The notes below the pieces were generated by a model. The model had not been told where the DNA came from. It ran no database searches and worked only from the letters and a program-made list of their open reading frames with translations. A DNA stretch of 64,000 bases from the NCBI GenBank assembly GCA_051251915.1, contig JBPOGF010000005.1, positions 1 through 64,000 of the forward strand. Reading direction: 5' to 3'. Source of the stretch: Akkermansiaceae bacterium (GTDB lineage Bacteria > Verrucomicrobiota > Verrucomicrobiia > Verrucomicrobiales > Akkermansiaceae). The translations under genes and the position numbers were made by a program. Numbering within the stretch: position 1 is the first letter of the stretch; every line of letters begins with the position of its first letter. Shown here in pieces: positions 18,974-28,444 of this stretch.

Positions 18974-19714
18974 ATGAAGATACTTTGTGCCTTACTCGCT
19001 TTATTCGTCATCGGGCTGGCATCCTGTTCTGAGCGAGACGAGTCGAAGTATTCTTCTATCGCAAGCTGTGACCTAGTGATCATTTTGCACACTGTTGAGG
19101 GTGATTTGATCGACTATCTAGCTGTTGAGAAGCTAGCCTATCAAAAAGAATACGAAGCGGTTTATCCAGGATATACTGGAGAGTTTTTAGTTTCAGTGTA
19201 TGGTGTTAAAATTCCCGCTGAACTCAAAAAGGACTGGGCGGTACCGACACAGAATGCACAAGGTTACATGGGTAAGATCACAGTAGAGCTAAGAGATGGG
19301 AAACTGAGTAGCATCATGGGTAACGGGATTCGTTCCCCTAGCCCGATCACTAAAGCCACCCTCGAAAAGGTGAACTCAGCGATCGCATCGGGGAAGATGC
19401 AGTTTCTCGAAAGAAGCTTCATTTCAGAACCTAAGAAAGTTATCGAAATGGTTGTTCCTGAAGCGCTTGAGGTGAATCGGTTTGAATTCGTGGAGCGTGA
19501 ACTAGTGGCAAATATGAAAGATGAGGTTGAGTTCAGCCATTATTACATGGGCACTCACGATGGTTTCGATTTCATTTCAGTCAGAGAGAATCGATATAAG
19601 ATTCCGAGCGAGCAGCTCAAGCTCAAGCAGACTTTTCCAGTGACTGGACATTCAGCGAACTGGGTGCCTATGCGGATTCACTTTTCCCACGTAGAGACTA
19701 AGAAAGAAAACTAG
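18974..19714 (+). CDS. hypothetical lipoprotein
   Basis: LASC lipobox, 246 aa ORF. Confidence 0.7.
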   Translation: MKILCALLALFVIGLASCSERDESKYSSIASCDLVIILHTVEGDLIDYLAVEKLAYQKEYEAVYPGYTGEFLVSVYGVKIPAELKKDWAVPTQNAQGYMGKITVELRDGKLSSIMGNGIRSPSPITKATLEKVNSAIASGKMQFLERSFISEPKKVIEMVVPEALEVNRFEFVERELVANMKDEVEFSHYYMGTHDGFDFISVRENRYKIPSEQLKLKQTFPVTGHSANWVPMRIHFSHVETKKEN

Positions 19715-19766
19715 CAACACTTGCCCGTCGAGACCGGCCTTTAATGAGATTAAAAATACAACAGCG

Positions 19767-20288
19767 ATGAATAAAGACGATACACTATTCGAGGATACTA
19801 CAGGACATGCTGTAGGTTTGTTTGAAGGGATTGAGGAAGAGGGGCTAGCTATGGCCTATGACATTCTGAATACTTCAGAATCGGAATGGGATATGGGGTT
19901 TGGTTGGGCTGTTGCTCAACTGCTGGCGGTTGAAACTATCGCAGCCTGTGCAGGTCAGCCATCTCAATCACCTGAGTGCCATTTTATTGTAGAATGGGCT
20001 GCTGAGAATCCAGCAAGTATTAGCTTAGAATCGCGAGAGCGAATGTTATACATCATTGATCGTGTGATAGAAAAGCATTCGCCAGATACAGAATGTGGTC
20101 AGCTAATGCGTAAGCGCATCGAGAATATTGTTGCCAGTGATCATTCACCGACTCCCGTGATGAAGCGAGATCCCCGGACAGGTGAACTTTTAAACGAGTC
20201 TTCTTCTAAACAAGCTCCGAATGAGTCTCAAAAGCCAGTGTATGACCCTAACCAGCCTGGAGCCAAGCCTTGGTGGAAATTTTGGTAA
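19767..20288 (+). CDS. hypothetical protein (DUF4259-like) with KPWWKFW tail
   Basis: LFEDT/LAVETIAACAG pattern; amphipathic C-terminal KPWWKFW. Confidence 0.65.
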   Translation: MNKDDTLFEDTTGHAVGLFEGIEEEGLAMAYDILNTSESEWDMGFGWAVAQLLAVETIAACAGQPSQSPECHFIVEWAAENPASISLESRERMLYIIDRVIEKHSPDTECGQLMRKRIENIVASDHSPTPVMKRDPRTGELLNESSSKQAPNESQKPVYDPNQPGAKPWWKFW

Positions 20289-20411
20289 CCAGCAATTATA
20301 TGACTGAACTAGATACCACGATGAACCATTAATTTACAATCGTAGTCTATTAGCACAAGATACATCCGACGTTCACGCGTAGCTAACAAAACCACTTACT
20401 GATATACCGAA

Positions 20412-20747
20412 ATGATGAAACCATTACTATACTTACTTCTATTAGCTTCTTCGTCAATGGCTGACCAATCAAAGCCCCCTAGTAATTCTGATGCTGAGGC
20501 AGAAGGAGTTGTTGTTGCTAAGGTCTTATATGACTTAGGTAGGGAGTTTGAGCTACATGTTGAAAAGGAGGTAATCATTCGCTGGCGAACCAGTCCTATG
20601 TCTACTAGCTCCCGAAGAACTACAGTGATATCTGGACACAATTATACGTGTAGGGTGATGAATAATGGTTTTGTAGAGCTCGGTAATGAAGTAGGAACTA
20701 TTTTAATTCCTATGGAGAATGTGGTTTCGATAGTTAGGAAAAAGTGA
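20412..20747 (+). CDS. hypothetical secreted protein
   Basis: Signal peptide, 111 aa. Confidence 0.6.
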   Translation: MMKPLLYLLLLASSSMADQSKPPSNSDAEAEGVVVAKVLYDLGREFELHVEKEVIIRWRTSPMSTSSRRTTVISGHNYTCRVMNNGFVELGNEVGTILIPMENVVSIVRKK

Positions 20748-20760
20748 CATTGTAAATCAT

Positions 20761-21054
20761 ATGCCACTCGGGGAGTTCATTGTGGAAATTGGGGGGAGAA
20801 TCGTTTTTGAGATTATTATCTATGGCATCGCCTATTGGACGGGCTTCATCGCACTCAAAATTTTGTCGTTCGGCACTCTCAGACTGGCTCCCTTGATGAC
20901 CATTCAGGAGAAGAATCGAAGTAAGAAAAAGAAGTGGCAGATCGATTGGAGTATCTGGCTCCGCCGTCCAATGCAGGGAAGAGCACTCAAGGCTGAGTTG
21001 ACCTGTCTTGTAGGATTTCTCTGTTGGGTAGCTGTTGGATTCAGCGCTTATTAG
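20761..21054 (+). CDS. hypothetical membrane protein
   Basis: YWTGF..LKILSFG motif, 2 TM segments; the stop overlaps the MITE end. Confidence 0.65.
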   Translation: MPLGEFIVEIGGRIVFEIIIYGIAYWTGFIALKILSFGTLRLAPLMTIQEKNRSKKKKWQIDWSIWLRRPMQGRALKAELTCLVGFLCWVAVGFSAY

Positions 21055-21131
21055 AACCATGTCCTCCCAAAAGTCTGTCCGCCTATCTTGGGATAAGAAT
21101 CTAACCTAATGAACTCTTGGAAGAGGGTCTA
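21052..21131. mobile_element. internally deleted 80-bp MITE, family A
   Basis: CCAAAAGTCTGTCCGCCTATCTTGGGATAAGAAT joined directly to CTAACCTAATGAACTCTTGGAAGAGGGTCTA. Confidence 0.7.
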
Positions 21132-21141
21132 TACCACCAGC

Positions 21142-21301
21142 AAGACCCATTTCCAAAAGTCTGTTCACCTATCTTAGGATAAGAATTTCCAATCTCTGCG
21201 TTACTCTTCTACTGAGATGTCCACATCACAGTCTCATCGCGCCTTGATCTAGGAAATTCTTCTACCGAATCTAACCGAACGAACTTTTGGAAAAGGGTCT
21301 A
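21142..21301. mobile_element. 160-bp MITE, family A copy 2
   Basis: AGACCCATTTCCAAAAGT / ACTTTTGGAAAAGGGTCT TIRs; near-identical to 2470-2629. Confidence 0.82.
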
Positions 21302-21424
21302 GATTAGAAACACACCAACCTAATCATCGATTCTAATAACTGAAATAAAGGTGGTTAAACGTTTTCTAATGTCCACCAAAGTATCTAGCACTCATAATTA
21401 TCACTTCAACTACTTGATTAATGC

Positions 21425-21463
21425 TTGACTACGCAACTAAATTGATTTTAGTTGCTAGCTCAA
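21425..21463. promoter_or_regulatory. putative MarR operator overlapping the promoter
   Basis: TTGACTAC-GCAACTAAA-ttgat-TTTAGTTGC-TAGCTCAA palindrome starting with -35-like TTGACT. Confidence 0.6.
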
Positions 21464-21481
21464 ACATATAGCAAATGAATA

Positions 21482-21928
21482 ATGATGAATGGAGATAGAA
21501 ACGAAATGATGAATGGGGAAAAAGAAAGTGAACTAGTGATTAATCTCATTAGCATAAATAGTAAAATCCAGAAGCGTGTTGGTGGCTCATTGTCTGCACA
21601 CGGGATCGGGTTATCCGAGTATCTGGTTTTGAATCAGTTGATCTTAACACCCTCCAACAGCATGCGCCGTGGAGATCTAGCTGAGAAGATTGGGTTAAGT
21701 CCCTCTGGTATTACCCGGCTGATTAATCCTATGGTGAAGATCGGGTTAGTGGAGAAGGAGGAGAATCCCCGTGATGCCAGAGTCAGCTTAGTGACGTTAT
21801 CGACTACTGGAAAACAAGTTTATGAGGATGCCAAAGTTACCTTTGCGCATGCGTCATCAGCTATATTTGAATCTTTAGAAACTGAACAGTTAAACATGGT
21901 TTCGGGTTTGTTAGAAAATATATCGTGA
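21482..21928 (+). CDS. MarR family transcriptional regulator
   Basis: DLAEKIGLSPSGITRL..MVKIGLV...DARVSLVTLS. Confidence 0.92.
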   Translation: MMNGDRNEMMNGEKESELVINLISINSKIQKRVGGSLSAHGIGLSEYLVLNQLILTPSNSMRRGDLAEKIGLSPSGITRLINPMVKIGLVEKEENPRDARVSLVTLSTTGKQVYEDAKVTFAHASSAIFESLETEQLNMVSGLLENIS

Positions 21929-21935
21929 ATTTAGA

Positions 21936-22808
21936 ATGAGCCAAAGAAACTATAGGCAAGCTTTGATAGAGAAGATTGAGGTGCCAGTCAGGCAAGCTGA
22001 AGTATGCGTAGACTCGGTGAACACATCTTATCTATGTGCAGGTTCAGGTTATCCGGTCATTTGCTTGCATGGGGGTGGAGCTGGAGCTGTCACTTGGTAT
22101 CCAGTTATAGGATCACTGGCAAAATGCTATCAGGTGATTGCGCCGGATATTGTAGGGTTCGGTGAGTCTGACAAACCGGCGGCAAAGTACGACAGAGCAT
22201 ATTTTGTGAGTTGGCTAAAACGCTTTATGCACGAGCTAGAGATTTCAAGAGCTCATCTTGTAGGACTTTCACAGGGTGGTGCTGTGGCACTCCAATTCAC
22301 CATCGACGATCCTGAAATGGTAGATAAACTTGTCTTGGTGAATTCTGGAGGACTTGGTGCTAAGACACCATTGTTACCTTTGCTAGGGATGATCTGGATG
22401 AACACGTTTCCTTCTGTCATAGCGAACCGATTTTTCTCACGCTACCTATTGGCTAATCCTGAAAACAGAGATCCGAATCACTCTTCCTATTCGATAGATG
22501 TGTTGAAACGCAAAGGTGGTAAAAATGTTTTCAGACAAGGCCGCGGGGCGGCAGTGTCAGCAATCTCGGAATCCTTGCTCAGCAGTATAGAAACTGAAAC
22601 ATTAGTGATCTGGGGTGAGGAGGATCGGTTCTTTCCTGTCCAATGTGCTGTGAATGCGGTGGCTGTGCTAGCAAATGCGACACTTTGTAAAATAGAGGGT
22701 GCGGGGCATCTCTCGATCATGGACAAGCCAGAAATCTTTAACAATACGCTGATGAAATTTCTGAATAGATCTGAAGATCCCAGCCAAGACCAAAAAATAA
22801 AATGCTAA
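21936..22808 (+). CDS. alpha/beta fold hydrolase
   Basis: LHGGG, PDIVGFGES, GLSQGG nucleophile, WGEED, GAGH. Confidence 0.92.
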   Translation: MSQRNYRQALIEKIEVPVRQAEVCVDSVNTSYLCAGSGYPVICLHGGGAGAVTWYPVIGSLAKCYQVIAPDIVGFGESDKPAAKYDRAYFVSWLKRFMHELEISRAHLVGLSQGGAVALQFTIDDPEMVDKLVLVNSGGLGAKTPLLPLLGMIWMNTFPSVIANRFFSRYLLANPENRDPNHSSYSIDVLKRKGGKNVFRQGRGAAVSAISESLLSSIETETLVIWGEEDRFFPVQCAVNAVAVLANATLCKIEGAGHLSIMDKPEIFNNTLMKFLNRSEDPSQDQKIKC

Positions 22809-22958
22809 CAATAACTGTCTCTTGAATAGCTACTCATACTAAAAATGTCTGGCTAGATTGACAAAGACTGAAGCGGATTTCTTGTAGTTGTTTAGCTCTG
22901 GACTTAAGATGGGTTAGCGAGGCTGATATAGCGGCCGATTTTCCAGATGGCTTAGATC

Positions 22959-24161
22959 ATGATGAATACTCAATACACGCGTTGGCAGCACGCATTTCTT
23001 ATTGCAGGGATACTGTTTATCGCTCTCAACCTACGTCCAGCTATCTCGGGGATTGGTCCATTGGCTGAGCGTATGACGGCAGACGGAATGAGCCGGGTGA
23101 GTATTGGGATGTTGACCACAGTGCCTTTGATTCTTTTCGGCATCGTCAGTCTTTGGGCTGGGTGGATAGGAACCAAGGTTGGATTTGCACGGGCGCTGGG
23201 GCTGGGATTGGCGCTTATTGGAATTGGGTGCTTTGTAAGATCGCTTACTTGGACGCCAGAAGTGAGTTGGCGGCTCGTTGGAACGGTGTTGATAGGTTGT
23301 GGTATTGCTTTAGGGAATGTCTTATTGCCTGGCTTAGTGAAAAGCCGTTTTCCTCAGCATATTGGGGTGATGACGAGCGTCTATGCCACTGGGATGAATC
23401 TGGGGGCGGCTAGTGGTGTAGCGCTGGCAGTGCCGTTGGCTAACGCGATGGTGAGTGATTGGAGGGGAGCTCTTGCGTCTTGGGGAATTTTTGCATTGGC
23501 TGCGCTGGTATTCTGGTCGCCCCAACTAATTGCTAAGCCAACCACACGTGCTATCGGCCATCCTTTGAAAGGGGTTCAGTCGATGATGCGGAAGCGGAGA
23601 GCTTGGCAGGTGATGTTCTTCATGGGGCTTCAATCCACGATTTTCTATTCAGCGGTAGCTTGGCTACCGACCGTGTTACAAGACCGTGGCATGACTGAGA
23701 TCCAGGCCGCGGGTTGGGCTTCTGCGATGCAGCTCATTGGCTGTGGAGTGAGTTTATTTGTGCCGACATTAGCAGGTAGGTCATCATCACAGAGTCGTTG
23801 GGTGGTAGGTTGTTCTTTACTATCGGCTGCAGGAATCACAGGTATACTCGTGTTGCCACTTTCGTTTGTTGGGTTCGCTTCATTACTTCTTGGGTTAGGG
23901 CTTAATGCTGGATTCGGTCTCGTGTTGCTAATACTCGCGCTACGCAGTAAAAACCCAGAAACTGCAGCAGGTCTTTCCTCGTTTGCCCAAGCGGGCGGTT
24001 ACTTACTCTCTGCACCCGGACCATGGCTCCTAGGTTTACTCAGTACGACCGCGGGCGGATGGCCACTTGCCTACGGTCTTCTTATTGTTGCTTGTCTGCT
24101 TGCAGCTAGAATGGGGCATTTAGCCGGCAAAACTGGTGAACTTGATGTGAATGAAGTTTAA
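22959..24161 (+). CDS. MFS transporter, CynX/NimT (cyanate permease-like) family
   Basis: ALNLRPAI, GNVLLPGLVK, FMGLQS, QAGGYLL..PGP. Confidence 0.88.
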   Translation: MMNTQYTRWQHAFLIAGILFIALNLRPAISGIGPLAERMTADGMSRVSIGMLTTVPLILFGIVSLWAGWIGTKVGFARALGLGLALIGIGCFVRSLTWTPEVSWRLVGTVLIGCGIALGNVLLPGLVKSRFPQHIGVMTSVYATGMNLGAASGVALAVPLANAMVSDWRGALASWGIFALAALVFWSPQLIAKPTTRAIGHPLKGVQSMMRKRRAWQVMFFMGLQSTIFYSAVAWLPTVLQDRGMTEIQAAGWASAMQLIGCGVSLFVPTLAGRSSSQSRWVVGCSLLSAAGITGILVLPLSFVGFASLLLGLGLNAGFGLVLLILALRSKNPETAAGLSSFAQAGGYLLSAPGPWLLGLLSTTAGGWPLAYGLLIVACLLAARMGHLAGKTGELDVNEV

Positions 24162-24177
24162 GAGTGTGATGCTAAAA

Positions 24178-24373
24178 ATGTTATACACGATCGTTGAAGA
24201 TTTTGGGGTAGCCGACAGGAAGTCTTGGACTAGCTACATTGAGTGGCGGGGTATTCATTTATGCGCAAGTGAAGGAAATCCATGAATTTCTGCGATCTAA
24301 CTACAGTGACGACAGTCATGTGGAAGGCTGCAAAATCATTTCCGTTTATACCACTGCTCATCTAAAGAAATAA
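24178..24373 (+). pseudogene. internally deleted hypothetical gene
   Basis: N-part MLYTIVEDFG...WTSYIEWRGI and out-of-frame C-part QVKEIHEFLRSNYSDDSHVEGCKIISVY...*. Confidence 0.45.
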
Positions 24374-24539
24374 CGGGGAGAATAAGATTCAACGGTTAAT
24401 CCCAATCGTTAAATTTTCTTTGCCAGGAGGTTTTTATGCGGTAGGTTTGTGAGTGATCAATATCAGTCTAAACCTAGTATAGTATAAACACTGGGGTTAG
24501 GATAAATGTTCCAGTAAATCACTCAATACTATTAAAAAT

Positions 24540-25037
24540 ATGCGTGCGCTCATTATAGGAAACTCTGGTTCGGGAAAATCAACACTTGCTAAAAATTTTG
24601 TAAAGGAACAGCAAGGTGCTCATCTAGATTTAGACACACTTGCGTGGAGCAAGGAGAAGCCAACGGAGAGACGTTCTTTGGCCGAGAGTGTGAAAGAGAT
24701 TGATGCGTTCCTTCTTTCATACACTAACTGGGTTATTGAAGGCTGCTACTCTGACCTCATTCGGTATGTTGTAGGGCATTCTACTCATCTGTATTTCCTA
24801 AATCTTTCAGTTGAAAGTTGTGTCGCGAATTGCAGGAATCGGCCGTGGGAGCCCCATAAATATGAATCCAAGCAAGCGCAGGACGCAAACTTAGAGATGC
24901 TGATAGAATGGGTTGGCGATTATATGAATAGGGATGATGATTTTTCTTACCGGAGTCATCGAAAGATTTTTGATCAGTATGGAGGATGTAAGACTGAAAT
25001 CACTTCAAATCAAGGATCTGCGAAGCCATTAGCATGA
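24540..25037 (+). CDS. P-loop kinase (adenylate/shikimate kinase-like, FlaR-type)
   Basis: IIGNSGSGKST, LDLDTLAW, WVIEGCY, RPWEPHKY. Confidence 0.88.
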   Translation: MRALIIGNSGSGKSTLAKNFVKEQQGAHLDLDTLAWSKEKPTERRSLAESVKEIDAFLLSYTNWVIEGCYSDLIRYVVGHSTHLYFLNLSVESCVANCRNRPWEPHKYESKQAQDANLEMLIEWVGDYMNRDDDFSYRSHRKIFDQYGGCKTEITSNQGSAKPLA

Positions 25038-25062
25038 CACTAACCGTCTCGGTTGACTCAAA

Positions 25063-25443
25063 ATGACGCGTCGTAAATCTAGTAACCTTTCAAGAAAAGC
25101 GGCTACAATCCGTGAGGAGCGGATTGGAAAGCTTCTGCGAGCAGGGTGGATAGTGGATGAATCTGAGGTTCCTGAAGATGCGATACCAGTAGACCCAGAT
25201 TTAGTAAATATTGGTAATTCCTACTACAGACCAGTTTGCTATGTAGATAGGGCGTTCAAGTGCCAAGATTGTGGGTCTGATGAGCTATGGAAGGCTGAGG
25301 ACCAGCAATGGTTTTATGAGACGACAGGGAGCTTGTTTTATGCAACGGCCATTAGATGTCGAGCGTGCAGACAGCATGAAAAAGAACGCAAAGAAGTTGA
25401 CAGAAAGATAGCTGGTCACCCGCCGAGGGATAGATCAGTGTAA
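25063..25443 (+). CDS. zinc-ribbon domain protein
   Basis: YVDRAFKCQDCG...WKAEDQQWFYE...RCRACR. Confidence 0.82.
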   Translation: MTRRKSSNLSRKAATIREERIGKLLRAGWIVDESEVPEDAIPVDPDLVNIGNSYYRPVCYVDRAFKCQDCGSDELWKAEDQQWFYETTGSLFYATAIRCRACRQHEKERKEVDRKIAGHPPRDRSV

Positions 25444-25447
25444 AGTT

Positions 25448-26434
25448 ATGAATCGTTCTTCATTTCCATTAATTTTAGGCTTAGCTCTGCTGTTTCTTAA
25501 TATCACTGTGGGCCCGCTAGCCGCGATCACCATAGGCTCATTGCGAGATATTCCAGCGGGAACTCTGAGCTACACGATGCGGGATGGTAAGAGTAGTAAC
25601 TATGTGACTGCCACGTGGGGAGGCGATACCGAAGACACAGGTAGTGGCGGTCCAGTAGTGAAGTATAGGCTAGCAGGGGATAAGGAGTCCCAAACGGCTA
25701 AGCTTAGTGAAGATGCACTTGAGCAACTTTTTGCAGCGGCGACCAAGCTTACGAAAGGTTACTCGATTCCACGTAGTACCACCAGTGATAATGGAGACCG
25801 CAACAGCTTTCAGCTCATGGTTGGCCATATTTATGATCCCGTCCTGATTAATTTTCCAGCGAACGAGGTTGGCCTCTGGAACCGGGGGGCGGCTTGTTGG
25901 GGGGAATTTGGCGAGATCCTAAAGAAGGATGCCTCGCTGACGCTTCCAGAGGCAAAGCGGCTGGAAGATGCGAATAGTGCTGAGCTTAAACCGGGTCTAG
26001 CCGAAATAGCTGAATACAAGTCTATGGATCTTTCTGTTCAGCGGGTAGATCGGGGAAAATCAAACTACGGCACCATCTCTGCAAAATGGAATCGTACCAA
26101 AGACGGAGCAATCACATTCACGGCCAAGTATGACGGTAGGACAGGTGACAGAATCGAGGGTTCGCCAAGTCCCGCGCAGATACGCCCGATTTTCAACGAA
26201 CTCCAGAAGCTAACGAAAGGCTACCGCAACGCTAGATTGAAGGGCAGTAAGAATGGCCGGCCATCTAGGAGCTACGACTCGATTGATGTGGGCATTAAGG
26301 CAACAGGCCAGCCGGGTGAGTTTTTGTTACCCTATTTTTCTACAGACTCTTCTCAGTGGGGAAAGGCCGACCGCCTCTGGTCTCTTCTGCTGGAGCTTTT
26401 TCCTAGAGATAAGCGATATGAGATCATCCAATAA
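25448..26434 (+). CDS. hypothetical secreted protein with a two-fold internal repeat
   Basis: Signal peptide; KLTKGY occurs twice within two alignable halves. Confidence 0.75.
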   Translation: MNRSSFPLILGLALLFLNITVGPLAAITIGSLRDIPAGTLSYTMRDGKSSNYVTATWGGDTEDTGSGGPVVKYRLAGDKESQTAKLSEDALEQLFAAATKLTKGYSIPRSTTSDNGDRNSFQLMVGHIYDPVLINFPANEVGLWNRGAACWGEFGEILKKDASLTLPEAKRLEDANSAELKPGLAEIAEYKSMDLSVQRVDRGKSNYGTISAKWNRTKDGAITFTAKYDGRTGDRIEGSPSPAQIRPIFNELQKLTKGYRNARLKGSKNGRPSRSYDSIDVGIKATGQPGEFLLPYFSTDSSQWGKADRLWSLLLELFPRDKRYEIIQ

Positions 26435-26522
26435 ACAAGGTAGCGGATCAGACCATCTGACTCGCCAAGAAATTTACTCAGTCTATCTGGCCCATTCCCT
26501 ACATATGATCTAAACTGAGGAT

Positions 26523-27077
26523 ATGTTTATCAACTTGTGGTGGGATTTTAACATGGCTAGGTTGGGTATCGTCTCAAGCAGATCTAAATACCAATCAGCA
26601 ATTCGTCTCCATCAAATGATCCATTATCCTTCAAAACAATTTTTCCGGCAACAGGTGATCTTTGGGTTTATTGTCTGGATTGCGATTAATGTGATTTGCT
26701 ACTACAATTATGATGTAAAGAGTATTGATGAAGCGGATTTGTTGTCATTGAATTTTTATGGTTCTATGATTCCTCCAGAGCATTGTTGGAGTATTAGCAT
26801 CGCTATTACAGTGTTCTACACTGTGGGAATTCTAGCGCTGATCTATTTCCAAGGTTGGGGGAGAATTTTGATTTTGGTGGTGTTGGGGATCGAATGCTTT
26901 TTGAGTCCATTCATGGGAATGATCGTAGATACGGGGTCTATGGACATGCTTTCTACCATAGCAGATGTATTGATAGGAGTGCCTTGGGTTCTGTCATTCT
27001 TTGAGCCATGTAGTTCTTATTTTGACCCTCCGCATCGCAGTAACCTATTAAAGAGGAAGAGTGTGCATGAACCCTGA
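26523..27077 (+). CDS. hypothetical membrane protein
   Basis: 4 hydrophobic segments; start uncertain. Confidence 0.6.
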   Translation: MFINLWWDFNMARLGIVSSRSKYQSAIRLHQMIHYPSKQFFRQQVIFGFIVWIAINVICYYNYDVKSIDEADLLSLNFYGSMIPPEHCWSISIAITVFYTVGILALIYFQGWGRILILVVLGIECFLSPFMGMIVDTGSMDMLSTIADVLIGVPWVLSFFEPCSSYFDPPHRSNLLKRKSVHEP

Positions 27078-27351
27078 GCTAGTCAATAGGTTGATCACTA
27101 TTATCTGGTGGCTTATGATGGTATTGGCTGCGTGGAACTTGGTCTATCCGTGGAGGAAGAATCAGCCGCGGGCTGGGTATTCAATTCACACTCCGTGGTT
27201 ACTTCTGCCACTTTGGATCATTTATGAATTTCTCGTGCCACCGGAAATTTACATGCGGGTTGACTATTTGATTCTGCTTCCTGTGTTTCTGATTACCCTG
27301 ATTATTTACTTACTTAAGGTGCGGAGCTACCGAGCAGCGCGTGATTTGTGA
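27067..27351 (+). CDS. hypothetical membrane protein
   Basis: 3 TM segments, YE...MRVDYLIL motif. Confidence 0.65.
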   Translation: MNPELVNRLITIIWWLMMVLAAWNLVYPWRKNQPRAGYSIHTPWLLLPLWIIYEFLVPPEIYMRVDYLILLPVFLITLIIYLLKVRSYRAARDL

Positions 27352-27455
27352 TGGGTAGGCTTGGTTAGAACCTTAGCAAAATTCTTTCAAATTTTGATCA
27401 TTGTGCCTAAAAAGAAACGTCAGTTCATGTTCCGAAATCCAACTAGTCACCATCG

Positions 27456-27821
27456 ATGAATCTAAAGCAACCAAACAAAGCGCTCCGTCTTAGCCCGATG
27501 GTGCCAAGCACAAATCTAACAGAAACGAGAAATTTTCTAATCAAGGCTCTGGGTTTTGAGGTGGTGATGGATACTCCGAGTTATGTGGTTCTCACGATGA
27601 ATGGCTATGATCTTCATCTTTGCCTAGCAGGGGATGATGTAGGTGAAATGAGTATTTACTTAGAGGTGGATGAACTGGAAGTGGCCTGGCTGACGCTAGA
27701 GCCAGAACTGACTGAAAACATGAGGGTGCGGGAGCCATTCGAGAGAGAGTATGGGATGAAGGAGTTCCACGTCGATATTCCAGAGACCAACACATTACTT
27801 TTTGTTGGGCAACGCGTATAA
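27456..27821 (+). CDS. VOC / glyoxalase / bleomycin resistance family protein
   Basis: ALGFEVV, IYLEVDEL, REYGMKEFHV. Confidence 0.85.
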   Translation: MNLKQPNKALRLSPMVPSTNLTETRNFLIKALGFEVVMDTPSYVVLTMNGYDLHLCLAGDDVGEMSIYLEVDELEVAWLTLEPELTENMRVREPFEREYGMKEFHVDIPETNTLLFVGQRV

Positions 27822-27825
27822 CATC

Positions 27826-28380
27826 ATGATGACAACGGTGAGACATGTGACATTGTTAGACGGAACAGAGGGGATAGTGAGGCCTATCATGCCTTCGGAT
27901 AAGCTGGCGTTGGTGTCGGCTCTGGAGGAGCTGGATAGCGAAAGCCGGGTGCGGAGATTTTTCTTTAATAAAGCGAAGCTGTCTGAAAGTGAGCTGACCA
28001 AATTAACTTCGCCGGATGGTATTGATCACATTGCATACGGGTGTGCTGTTAGATTACATGATGAAGCTGACTGGACGCCTGTTTCGGTGGCGCGTTGTTT
28101 TAGGGATGAGGAACAGAGTGATCTTGCAGAGGTCGCTATCGTGACGGCGGACTTTTGGCAGGGGAATGGAGCTGGAGTGGAGCTTATGCGGTCACTTTCT
28201 GCAGCGGCTCTGAAGGTGGGTATACGTCGTTGGATGGCGGTGATGTTTGAAGAAAATACAGCTGTTAGACGACTGCTGGATCGTTTTGGAACCCTTACCG
28301 AGCAACGCGAGCTTGGGAATGGGGTGGTGGAGATAGTTTATGAGATTAAGAGCCTAGATAGGAAGTCGCCAAAGCTTTAG
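27826..28380 (+). CDS. GNAT family N-acetyltransferase
   Basis: VRPIMPSDK, SRVRRFF, AEVAIVTADFWQGNGAG. Confidence 0.88.
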   Translation: MMTTVRHVTLLDGTEGIVRPIMPSDKLALVSALEELDSESRVRRFFFNKAKLSESELTKLTSPDGIDHIAYGCAVRLHDEADWTPVSVARCFRDEEQSDLAEVAIVTADFWQGNGAGVELMRSLSAAALKVGIRRWMAVMFEENTAVRRLLDRFGTLTEQRELGNGVVEIVYEIKSLDRKSPKL

Positions 28381-28444
28381 AATTTAGATTGAAGAATTAC
28401 ATCCATTTTACACAACTATCTCCGGAACCTGTTAACTTACTACT

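Noticed and set aside
27350..27375. ATGGGTAGGC...TTAGAACC resembling an antisense IIC intron end
   Set aside because: Match is too short and no domain V is present
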